Of a stretch of DNA of 64,000 bases, positions 41,503 to 50,217 are shown piece by piece. The position numbers and the translations under genes were made by a program. This DNA is from Candidatus Kapaibacteriota bacterium (GTDB taxonomy: Bacteria; Bacteroidota; Ignavibacteria; Kapaibacteriales; UBA961), in assembly GCA_049426725.1 (NCBI GenBank), contig JBMSYN010000003.1:42066-106065 (forward strand). Reading direction: 5' to 3'. Under the pieces are notes generated by a model, which was given only the letters and a program-made list of their open reading frames with translations, did no database searches and was not told the DNA's origin. How positions within the stretch are numbered: position 1 is the first letter of the stretch; each line of letters opens with the position of its first letter.

Positions 41503-42428
41503 GTAAAGATTCCTTCTTTTATTCCACGATATCCGCGTAAAAAATCCATTATTGACATTTGGGGTTTACCTTCTTCTTGAATAGTGAGGAGAGACACATT
41601 GTCGGAACCGGTTCCAACCATAAAATTGGAGCCTTCAATGACAAATCTTCCAGATTCTAAGTTCATGGAAGAATCCGAGATTGCAGCTTTCAAAATCTTC
41701 AATGTTTTTCCATTGAACGTTGTCCATGCACCCGGCTTTGGATTTGTTCCACGAATCAAATTAATGATGTGATCCGCCGAATTGTTCCAATTGATCGAAC
41801 ATGTGCTTCTAAACAATTTCGGTGCCGGTGTTGCATGTGCATTATTTTGAGGGATGGGCTTTGCTTTTCCGCTCAATAAATCTCTACATGTTTGAACAGC
41901 AAGTTCGGCAGCAGGAATTTCAAGTGCTAAAAAGAGGTCGCCGGCAGTCATGCTAGGTTCAATCTCAATTGTTGACTGCGCGAGAATCTTCCCTGTATCT
42001 ACTGTATCATTGAGCAAGAAGGATGTCAAGCCAGTAGTAGTTTCACCATTGATGATTGCCCATTGTATTGGAGCTGCCCCACGATACTTTGGAAGCAAAC
42101 TTCCATGAATATTGAAAGCTCCGAGTTTTGCAAGTGAATACACTTCTTTGGGAAGTATTCGAAAAGCAATAACAATGATGATATCTGGTTTATATGCAGC
42201 AATTGTTGAAATGAATTCAGGATCTTTTAAGCTATGTGGAGTCAATAATGGTATACCAAGCGCAATAGCTTCTTTGCTCACCGGCGAACTTTGTAATACT
42301 CTACCTCTTCCGGCAGGTTTATCAGGAACGCTTACTATTGCAGTTAAGCCAAAGGCATCATGAAGAGCTCGAAGTGCAGGAACTGCAAATTCGGGAGTGC
42401 CCATGAAGATAATTGATGGAGTATTCAT
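41499..42428 (-). CDS. fmt: methionyl-tRNA formyltransferase
   Basis: IIFMGTPEFAVP N-terminus. Formyltransferase motif HGSLLPKYRGAAPIQWAII. Confidence 0.9.
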   Translation of the reverse strand: MNTPSIIFMGTPEFAVPALRALHDAFGLTAIVSVPDKPAGRGRVLQSSPVSKEAIALGIPLLTPHSLKDPEFISTIAAYKPDIIIVIAFRILPKEVYSLAKLGAFNIHGSLLPKYRGAAPIQWAIINGETTTGLTSFLLNDTVDTGKILAQSTIEIEPSMTAGDLFLALEIPAAELAVQTCRDLLSGKAKPIPQNNAHATPAPKLFRSTCSINWNNSADHIINLIRGTNPKPGAWTTFNGKTLKILKAAISDSSMNLESGRFVIEGSNFMVGTGSDNVSLLTIQEEGKPQMSIMDFLRGYRGIKEGIFT

Positions 42429-42432
42429 TCAA

Positions 42433-43011
42433 TCAACCATGCATGGTGGGTTGATGACCAAGTGTTTCAATGATGGCGGCTTCTATTGTAGCCAGTTCAT
42501 GCAGGCGATCTTTTACAATGTTGGCAGGGAAATATGCTCTGGCAAGATCAGTAAATGTTTTGTAATGACCCGCCTCGCTGGCAAACAATTCTTTGTAGAA
42601 TATTCGCAAGTCTTCTGGTATGGCCGGTGACTTTGCAAGAAGAGAGAATCTCTCGCAAGATCGTGCTTCGATTAATGCATCAACCAAGAGAAGATCAAGC
42701 ATTCTATCCGGTTCTTGTTTTCGAATATGTTTGGAGAGACGCTTTGCATACTCATCACCTCGATCTTTGGTGAGATGATTTTGTTTGTCTCTGATACGAT
42801 CATACACTCTTTCAAAATGTTCCCATTCTTCTTTGAGAATATTGATCATTTCTCGGACTATATCTTCATGTTCAGGATAGCGTTGAATCATGGACATTGC
42901 ATTGGCAGCTGCTTTTTTTTCGCAATGAGCATGATCAATCAGGAGGGTATTGATGTCAGCAGCAGCGATATTTACCCATTCGGGTCTTGTATTATTGAGT
43001 AAACAAAGCAT
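42433..43011 (-). CDS. miaE: tRNA ms2io6A37 hydroxylase MiaE-like (ferritin-like di-iron)
   Basis: Di-iron motifs (DHAHCEKKAA, EEWEHF, SEAGHY). The long ORF to 43098 would overlap rnpB, so the start at 43011 is preferred. Confidence 0.6.
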   Translation of the reverse strand: MLCLLNNTRPEWVNIAAADINTLLIDHAHCEKKAAANAMSMIQRYPEHEDIVREMINILKEEWEHFERVYDRIRDKQNHLTKDRGDEYAKRLSKHIRKQEPDRMLDLLLVDALIEARSCERFSLLAKSPAIPEDLRIFYKELFASEAGHYKTFTDLARAYFPANIVKDRLHELATIEAAIIETLGHQPTMHG

Positions 43012-43024
43012 AGAAAAAAAGAAG

Positions 43025-43412
43025 AAACGAAGCTGTCTATAAGCCGAATTCTGTCTCCCTAGGGAGGAGAAGCATTTATCTTGATACAATGTTGCCATTG
43101 CATTCCTTGCGGCATACCCGAAAGAGTTACTATCGAACGAGCAATTCGATTGTCCGAGGACACCTCTTTCTTATTTGCCTTGCTCCGCGTGGGGTTTGCC
43201 TTGCCATTCATGTCACCATGAATGCGGTGAGCTCTTACCTCGCCATTTCAACCTTACCGAATAATCGGCGGTATATTTTCTGTTGCACTTTCCGTCGACT
43301 TCTCATTTCTTGCGAAATGCATCATCGCCTTTGTGTTACAAAGCACGCTGCTCTATGGAGTTCGGACTTTCCTCACCGTGAATCACGGCGCGCTTCTCCG
43401 ACAGCCCCGTCA
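43025..43412 (-). ncRNA. rnpB: RNase P RNA (bacterial type A)
   Basis: Minus-strand transcript contains GAGGAAAGUCCGAACUCCAUAG (P4 region), AGUGCAACAGAAAAUAUACCGCCGAU, GGUAAGAGCUCACCGC, CGGAGCAAGGCAAAUA, and the 3-prime ACAGAAUUCGGCUUAUAGACAGCUUCG that pairs with the 5-prime GGGGCUGUC (P1). Ends are accurate to about 10 nt. Confidence 0.85.
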
Positions 43413-43419
43413 ATTGTGA

Positions 43420-44121
43420 TTATTCTCCGACTAAAATTCTTCCGCAGTGTTCGCATAAGAACATCAAATCGGATTTATTTCGCATTTCGACTATTTTCTG
43501 TGGTGGTACTGCGCTAAAGCAACCGGAGCAACTATTTTTCTTTACCTTCACAGCCGCATCTTTGTGGAACGTGCGAATGCGTTCATATTCTGCAAAAATC
43601 GATGTTGGAATTTCTTTCGCCAAAGAAGCGCGCTTTTTTGTTTGTTCCAGAATCTCATCATTGTGTCCATGAGAAATGGAAGTGAGCTCTTGCTCTTTTT
43701 CAGAAAGATGTTGTTGTGCTTCTGCAAGTTCAGTTTTGCTTTGCTCCATGATGGCACGAAGATTTTCTTCTTTAACGCCTATCGTCCTTTGATCATCATA
43801 AATTTTATTGCGTTCATCTCTCAAAGATTCAATTTCATGAGTTATGGCATCGAATTCTTTGTTATTGCGAACATTGAACTGTTGCTGCGCCAATTGATCT
43901 TCTTTGTCTTTGATTTCTTGAAGGCGAATATGCGAACGACTTTTGAACTCTTCAATATCGTGAATGTCTTTCTCTGATTGTTCAGCTTGTGTTGTTTTCA
44001 AGCGTACATACTCTTCTGCTTCTTTCACTTGCTGTGGCAAATCGCCAAGTTCTTCTTTCAGGTCATCCAGAATAGAGTCAATTTCCGACATGGATGACAA
44101 CATTGTAGCGAGTGAGTTCAT
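43420..44121 (-). CDS. C4-type zinc-ribbon coiled-coil protein (COG1579/DUF164)
   Basis: Long coiled-coil region followed by CSGC...CEHCGRIL zinc ribbon. Adjacent to a Nif3 gene, a conserved pairing. Confidence 0.6.
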   Translation of the reverse strand: MNSLATMLSSMSEIDSILDDLKEELGDLPQQVKEAEEYVRLKTTQAEQSEKDIHDIEEFKSRSHIRLQEIKDKEDQLAQQQFNVRNNKEFDAITHEIESLRDERNKIYDDQRTIGVKEENLRAIMEQSKTELAEAQQHLSEKEQELTSISHGHNDEILEQTKKRASLAKEIPTSIFAEYERIRTFHKDAAVKVKKNSCSGCFSAVPPQKIVEMRNKSDLMFLCEHCGRILVGE

Positions 44122-44165
44122 AATGGGCTCTTGGTGATAGATGAATGATTCAAATAAAGTTCATG

Positions 44166-44963
44166 TTAAGCATAGTGAATTGGGGAAGTCTTGACCTCTG
44201 AATTGATGATATTCAACTGTTTCAGTTGTTCATCTTGTTTCAGTAATGTGCTCATTCCTTCAACTACGAATTGTTCCATTTCTGCATGCCCGGGATCAAT
44301 AAGCATAATTGTGCCTTTGGCTGCATGAAACTGATGATATTTCACATCTGCTGTAATAAAACAATCAACATTGGCATCGATGGCAGCTTGCATGTATTGG
44401 GAACCACTACCACAAACCATGGCAATGGTTTGTATAGTGTCTGTTTTGCCATTTGTAAAACGTATTGGCGCTCCAAAAACATGCGCGCAATATTCTGCAA
44501 ATTTTTGAGTGTTCATTGATTCTTTCAGCGAACCAATAATTCCCATTCCAAAATGAGGATGCATTTGATCAGGAATGAGAGGTTGCAATGAAGTATCATC
44601 CAGGCCGATTGATCGCGCGGCAAGCGCATTTGTTCCATGCGGATGAGTATCGAAATTTGTGTGTATGACTATGACTCCGATATTGTGTCGAATGAGATCA
44701 TACACAAGGGAAGAGACTCTGTCTTGTCTGGTGATTGTTCTCAGAGGCGAAAAAATCAGCGGATGAAAGACACATATACAATCAACTTGTCGAAATACGG
44801 CTTCTGAAAGAACTTCTTCATTTATCTCATAGGCTATGAGCAATGATTGAATATCTCCATTGTGTGGATGATGATCAATTTGCAAACCTATTGCATCTCC
44901 ACTCCAGGCAGTTTCAGGAGGAAAAAGTTCATTGAGTCTCTCATTCAAATCACTAATTGTCAT
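44166..44963 (-). CDS. Nif3-family dinuclear metal centre protein (YqfO/YbgI)
   Basis: 265 aa. Conserved His clusters (HTNFDTHPHG, DPGHAEME). Confidence 0.8.
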   Translation of the reverse strand: MTISDLNERLNELFPPETAWSGDAIGLQIDHHPHNGDIQSLLIAYEINEEVLSEAVFRQVDCICVFHPLIFSPLRTITRQDRVSSLVYDLIRHNIGVIVIHTNFDTHPHGTNALAARSIGLDDTSLQPLIPDQMHPHFGMGIIGSLKESMNTQKFAEYCAHVFGAPIRFTNGKTDTIQTIAMVCGSGSQYMQAAIDANVDCFITADVKYHQFHAAKGTIMLIDPGHAEMEQFVVEGMSTLLKQDEQLKQLNIINSEVKTSPIHYA

Positions 44964-45047
44964 GAACTGCCAAGTGTAAATTCTAATGAATATTACTCAA
45001 AAATAACAAAGTTTTTCCAAATCAGCCATTTCCAAGGCATTGCAACC

Positions 45048-46220
45048 TTAATTTGATGGCTTTGGCAGTACACCTGGAGAGGGAACAGCTCCTGTAGTTG
45101 CAGACTTTTTCTTTTTTGAATATTGAATAGAAGCTCTCAATTTTACTCCATCTCTTATGATGCCACGAGCTCTCAATGTGTCTTCAGCAGAAACATATCG
45201 CTCTTTGTTTGGCAATCCACCACGAGCGCTACTTGGTACTTGAGAAATTGGAATCCATGCTTCTTCAGTAGCCAAAGGATCTTCAGGCAATGTGATTTTG
45301 AAAGAATTGTCGGTAATATCCCACCATGGTCCGCCTTTCTTTCTGGTGAAATCGAACATATCCAAAATGATGACAGTCGTCCCTGAGAAAGGGATATATC
45401 GTCTTTTCAGGGTATCTCTTTTTGCACCTTCACCCCAATAGAATAGCCATCTCGCATCATCTCTAAATTGGCGAATGCAAGAGTGCGAGACGGGTCTTCC
45501 CGGCATGTCGAATTGATGGAATGCACTTCCGGCATGTAGATGGAAATTCCATGTATAGGGAAGAATCCAACTTGAATTCAAAGAGGATCTACGTAAAATA
45601 TGTCTCCAATTGAGGGAATATTTTCCTGGGAAAGTAGCTTTTCTCTCCTCGCCTGTATTACATGCTGCAAATCTCACAAGTTTCCCATATTCATAACAAG
45701 CATAGCTTTGCCAAGCATTTGAAACCATGATAATTTTAGGAATGGAGTCAACTGCATGATATTCAGCAGGGAATATTGAATAGTCGGTGAGATTGGGTGA
45801 GAGCATGCTTGGTATCATGACGGTGTCACCAACTCTGAAATAATGCAGATCTTTTCTGTTAACGGTGATGAATGCTCTATATGCGATATTCTGGATAGTG
45901 TCAATTTTTCGATATGCTCTACGAATCGAATCTAGATGCTTTCCATTGGCAATCACGGTCTTTCTGTACGTGATTAACTGTCCATTTGCAACAGTTTGAG
46001 ACTGTTTGGAATTCGTCAAGCTTGTACTATCTTTTCGATTTGAATCAGCATTGACTGTTTTCTTGACTTTTTTGGATGTTTTTTTCGGGTTTCCTGCTTC
46101 TTGAGGATTTCCCGGTGTATTGCCACAAGTTCCCCAACCCAATGTCAAAGAGGCGAATGCCCCTATGATCAGCAATGTTGCTTGTTTCCCATTTAAAGGT
46201 AAACGATTCATAAATCTCAA
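45048..46220 (-). CDS. L,D-transpeptidase-family protein
   Basis: YkuD catalytic motif with His...SHSCIR (FHLHAGSAFHQFDMPGRPVSHSCIRQ). Signal peptide. Confidence 0.65.
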   Translation of the reverse strand: MRFMNRLPLNGKQATLLIIGAFASLTLGWGTCGNTPGNPQEAGNPKKTSKKVKKTVNADSNRKDSTSLTNSKQSQTVANGQLITYRKTVIANGKHLDSIRRAYRKIDTIQNIAYRAFITVNRKDLHYFRVGDTVMIPSMLSPNLTDYSIFPAEYHAVDSIPKIIMVSNAWQSYACYEYGKLVRFAACNTGEERKATFPGKYSLNWRHILRRSSLNSSWILPYTWNFHLHAGSAFHQFDMPGRPVSHSCIRQFRDDARWLFYWGEGAKRDTLKRRYIPFSGTTVIILDMFDFTRKKGGPWWDITDNSFKITLPEDPLATEEAWIPISQVPSSARGGLPNKERYVSAEDTLRARGIIRDGVKLRASIQYSKKKKSATTGAVPSPGVLPKPSN

Positions 46221-46236
46221 ACCTCAAAAAATAATG

Positions 46237-46944
46237 TCAATTTCCAAATGCAATACCCAGTGCAATAAATAATCCACCAAAATCTGAAATTGGTAAATCT
46301 TTGATGCTTTCTAGACCTGCTCCACCATAAGGAATGAAATAATACCGTATTAATGCCGAAAGGGAGGTTCTACCTTCTGAACCAAAAGCCGAACCTAATC
46401 CAACATATCCTGCTGGTCTGCCATGTGCCAATGTCCTTTGCTCGGTTTGTACAAGATTTTCATTATACGGTACTTGGAGAATCATCGCATAACCAATCCC
46501 TCCGCCGATGAATGGTCTGAATGAATCAGACAGTGATTCTTTAAACAGACGATACTGTAAACCAAGTGTCAAAGGAAAAGAAAAAAGTCTGTTCACTTTG
46601 TTTGGTATGAAAGTAGCACCAGTAAAAGGATCTATGTATTCAAGTTCATCACTATTTCTATTGCCGGTCATTCCAAGTAATCCATGTAGTGATACTGTAG
46701 ATGAAATGTGCTTGGAATAAGAAAAACCCGCCCCAAATCCATTCCCTGAAAAGAGCATTTCAATACTCCAATATGAGGAATGTTTGAGCGATTCCATCTG
46801 CTCGGTTATCAGTGGTCTTGGTGATTTGAACACTATTATTGAATCAGGTACTGCACCAAATTCAGTGATTGACTTCTCTTGTCCATTCATCAATAGAGTG
46901 AATCCAAAAATGAAATGGCATATCAAAGCAATAAAAGACTTCAT
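46237..46944 (-). CDS. outer-membrane beta-barrel protein (OmpA-beta-barrel/OmpW-like)
   Basis: Signal peptide from MKSFIALICHFIF. Amphipathic beta strands. Terminal aromatic residue ...IAFGN. Confidence 0.45.
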   Translation of the reverse strand: MKSFIALICHFIFGFTLLMNGQEKSITEFGAVPDSIIVFKSPRPLITEQMESLKHSSYWSIEMLFSGNGFGAGFSYSKHISSTVSLHGLLGMTGNRNSDELEYIDPFTGATFIPNKVNRLFSFPLTLGLQYRLFKESLSDSFRPFIGGGIGYAMILQVPYNENLVQTEQRTLAHGRPAGYVGLGSAFGSEGRTSLSALIRYYFIPYGGAGLESIKDLPISDFGGLFIALGIAFGN

Positions 46945-47032
46945 CCTGATTCCCGAGAATGACACCTAAACCCAAGCAAGAAATATGCCATGTTGATTCT
47001 TTACGGCAAGTATGAATGAACAATTATGTGCT

Positions 47033-48007
47033 TTAATATAAAAGGAGTTCTCTCAGTTCCTGTTCAATTTTATCTGCATTTGGAAGCATTGCCTTTTCGA
47101 GAGTTGGTGCAAAAGGCGTTGGAGAATCGAAAGCCGCAACCCTCTTTATGGGTGCGTCCAATGCATCAAATGCCTTTTCTGTGATTCTGGCAGAGATCTC
47201 ACCTGCGAATCCACCTGTCAATGTTGCTTCATGTGTAATGAGAACTCTATTGGTTTTTCTTGCAGAAGCAAGAACAGTTTCTTCGTCAAAAGGGACAAGT
47301 GTTCGTATGTCAATAATCTCAATGGAGACTCCTTCTTTTTCCATTCTTTCAGCAACTTCCATTGCCATGTGTACAGCGCTGCCATAGCATATTATGGATG
47401 CATGAGTCCCTTCTCGTACAATGCGAGCTTTCCCCAGTGGAATCGAGTATTCTCCTTCGGGCACTTCTTCCTTGATTTTTCTATATAATCCTTTATGCTC
47501 AAAAAACACGACAGGATTATTGTCTCGGATAGATGCGGTCATGAGTCCTTTTGCATCAGCAGGGGAAGAAGGGCATACAACTTTCAATCCTGTTGCTTGG
47601 ACAAACCATGCTTCGGAATTTCTGGAGTGAAAGGGATTTGCGCCTACTCCACCACCAGCAGGGCCTCTCACAACAATCGGCACACCAATGCCCCAGCGAT
47701 AGGCAGTAGTTCCGGCAACATTCACCAATTGATTGAATCCGCAAGTGATGAAATCCATGAATTGCATCTCAACAACCGGACGCATGCCATTGAGGGAAGC
47801 ACCTATGGCTGCACCAATGATTGCGGCTTCAGAAATGGGTGCATCGATGATTCTTTGAGTGCCAAATTCTTCAAGAAATCCCTTTGTTAATTTGAAAGCT
47901 CCACCATAGGTGCCTATATCTTCTCCAATCATAAAAACGGATTCGTCTTTTCGCATTTCGATTTTCAATGAATCGGCAATGGCTTCGAGATATGTCATGA
48001 CAGGCAT
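47033..48007 (-). CDS. 2-oxoacid dehydrogenase E1 component beta subunit (transketolase-like)
   Basis: Start MPVMTYLEAI. Motifs MIGEDIG, FKLTKGF, RIIDAPISE, VVEMQFMDF, and C-terminal transketolase domain. About 324 aa. Confidence 0.85.
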   Translation of the reverse strand: MPVMTYLEAIADSLKIEMRKDESVFMIGEDIGTYGGAFKLTKGFLEEFGTQRIIDAPISEAAIIGAAIGASLNGMRPVVEMQFMDFITCGFNQLVNVAGTTAYRWGIGVPIVVRGPAGGGVGANPFHSRNSEAWFVQATGLKVVCPSSPADAKGLMTASIRDNNPVVFFEHKGLYRKIKEEVPEGEYSIPLGKARIVREGTHASIICYGSAVHMAMEVAERMEKEGVSIEIIDIRTLVPFDEETVLASARKTNRVLITHEATLTGGFAGEISARITEKAFDALDAPIKRVAAFDSPTPFAPTLEKAMLPNADKIEQELRELLLY

Positions 48008-48026
48008 AATGGAACCTTCTAATTTA

Positions 48027-49205
48027 TCATTGTTGTGGGTGAATGGATATGCAGTCTGCAATGTGCTTTGCTTTCGCTCTGAGAGATTCAATTGTTGTAG
48101 CAGAATCGCCCCATGTGAGAGCGACGCCCATGCGCCGATACTTTCGAGTCACTGGTTTGCCAAATAATCGAATGTCGGATTGAGGAATTGAAAGTGCATC
48201 GACAAAACCGGTAAAACCAGGTTTGAATTGCTCTTCTTCTGTATGTAAAATGACAGCGCTAGCGCCAGGTCTTTCCAATTGAATATAGGGAATAGGCAAG
48301 CCCAATACTGCTCTGCAATGAAGCTCGAACTCAGTAAATGTTTGAGTTCCCGCAAGGGTTACCATTCCAGTATCATGCGGACGTGGACTCAATTCTGAGA
48401 AATACACGTCATCACCTTTGATGAAAAATTCAACGCCCCATATACCTGCGCCCGAAAGCGCCGTTGTCACTTGTTCTGCTATCTCGCAAGCTTTTTTGTA
48501 TGCAATCTCTGACATCGCACATGGCTGCCAACTTTCTTGATAGTCACCTCGTTCTTGTCTATGTCCGATTGGCGGACAAAACAATGTAGGACCTGATTGC
48601 TGGGTCACTGTAAGCAATGTTATCTCATAATCAAAGCTGATGAATTCTTCGATGATTACTTCACTTGAATCGCCTCTACCACCGGTGGCGGCATAATTCC
48701 AACATGCTTCGATGTCTTCAGGACTTTTTATTGTGGATTGACCTTTGCCCGAGGATGACATGAGTGGTTTGATGATGCAAGGAAATCCCATTGTATGTGC
48801 AATGGTTTGTGCTTCTTCCAAGGTTGTAGCATACCCATATTTGGCAGTCTTTACTGATAACTCCATTGCAGCAAGATCTCTGATCGCTTTCCTGTTCATG
48901 GTAAAGTTAGCCGCTTTGGCACTTGGAACTACCTGAATGCCTTGTTCTTCATAGGTATAGAATCTCTCGGTGCGAATTGCTTCAATTTCAGGAATGATGA
49001 TATCAGGTTTATGCTTTTCGATGATTGCATCCAATGCATTGCCATCCAACATTGAAATGACTTCGAAGTCATCGGCAACATGCATTCCGGGTGCATCAGG
49101 ATAAGAGTCTACGGCAATGACATGATTTCCTAATCTTTGAGCGCTTATGATTGTTTCTTTTCCAAGTTCTCCGGAACCTAGAACCATGATTTTTTTGGGT
49201 AGCAT
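48027..49205 (-). CDS. purT: formate-dependent phosphoribosylglycinamide formyltransferase
   Basis: ATP-grasp PurT signature along the entire length ([55 protein letters not shown]). Confidence 0.9.
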   Translation of the reverse strand: MLPKKIMVLGSGELGKETIISAQRLGNHVIAVDSYPDAPGMHVADDFEVISMLDGNALDAIIEKHKPDIIIPEIEAIRTERFYTYEEQGIQVVPSAKAANFTMNRKAIRDLAAMELSVKTAKYGYATTLEEAQTIAHTMGFPCIIKPLMSSSGKGQSTIKSPEDIEACWNYAATGGRGDSSEVIIEEFISFDYEITLLTVTQQSGPTLFCPPIGHRQERGDYQESWQPCAMSEIAYKKACEIAEQVTTALSGAGIWGVEFFIKGDDVYFSELSPRPHDTGMVTLAGTQTFTEFELHCRAVLGLPIPYIQLERPGASAVILHTEEEQFKPGFTGFVDALSIPQSDIRLFGKPVTRKYRRMGVALTWGDSATTIESLRAKAKHIADCISIHPQQ

Positions 49206-49210
49206 AGTTG

Positions 49211-50206
49211 TTAGTCTATGAATACATTTCGGAAAGCTTCCTCTGGTGGAGGAAAAGGCAAATCAATCACTGCATCGATTGCATCCCGAATGTCTTGAAT
49301 GATGTGTTGTCGCATTGCATCAATCTCTGCTTTTTTCAATGCTTTGTGCTTAATGCAATGTTCTATATATCTGTCAACTGGATCCATGTTTTGCCAATGC
49401 GCGAGCATTTCCTTTGGAACATAGCTGAAATCATCATGCTCGGCATGACCCCTCATACGCATCGTTATTGTTTCAATGATTGTTGGCCCATCTCCATTTC
49501 TTGCTCGCTTTACTGCTTCGAGAGTGGTTTCATATACCAATTCAATATCAGTTCCATCAATTGTGATTCCATGACAACCATATCCTTTTGCTCGATCAGA
49601 AAGTTGCTCGCATGCAAATTCAATGGAATTGGGAGATGAATAGGCATATTGATTATTCTCGATGATGAGAATGAGAGGTAATTTCTGGACTGATGCAAAA
49701 TTCATGGCTTCATGAAATTCGCCTGTTTGAGAACCACCATCTCCGATATATGTCATTGCAACACACATCTCTCCACGCAGTTTTGATGCCATGGTAAATC
49801 CTGCTGCAACAGGAATCATCGCTCCCAAATGAGAGATGTTTCCATAAATTCTTTTGGAGGGATCAGCATAATGTCCGGTACCATCAGTTCCACGCATAAG
49901 ACTTCCTTCTCGAGCCAAAAATGCTTTCATGAGAATATCCAAGTCTTGTCCGAAAACGAAATGACCACCAATATTTCTATGCATGGGAAACAATACATCG
50001 TCCGAACCCAATGCTGATGCGGATCCAACGCTTGTTGCTTCATTTCCTGTTTGTGAATATACTCCACCGAAAGCTCGACCTTGCCTATTCAATCTTTGCA
50101 TAGCAAGATCGAACTCTCTTGCCATAAGCATATATCGTAGAAATGAAATACGTTGTTCATTGGTTACTGATGAAGAATGCATCAGCTTGGGAATTGTTTT
50201 CGACAT
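49211..50206 (-). CDS. 2-oxoacid dehydrogenase E1 component alpha subunit (TPP-binding)
   Basis: TPP motif ([20 protein letters not shown]...IIENNQYA). ATG start at 50206 preferred over the TTG at 50221. Confidence 0.85.
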   Translation of the reverse strand: MSKTIPKLMHSSSVTNEQRISFLRYMLMAREFDLAMQRLNRQGRAFGGVYSQTGNEATSVGSASALGSDDVLFPMHRNIGGHFVFGQDLDILMKAFLAREGSLMRGTDGTGHYADPSKRIYGNISHLGAMIPVAAGFTMASKLRGEMCVAMTYIGDGGSQTGEFHEAMNFASVQKLPLILIIENNQYAYSSPNSIEFACEQLSDRAKGYGCHGITIDGTDIELVYETTLEAVKRARNGDGPTIIETITMRMRGHAEHDDFSYVPKEMLAHWQNMDPVDRYIEHCIKHKALKKAEIDAMRQHIIQDIRDAIDAVIDLPFPPPEEAFRNVFID

Positions 50207-50217
50207 GGTATTGATGT

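Noticed and set aside
43089-43517. 142-aa plus-strand ORF
   Set aside because: Lies entirely antisense to, and overlapping, the RNase P RNA gene. It has no codon-usage or motif support.
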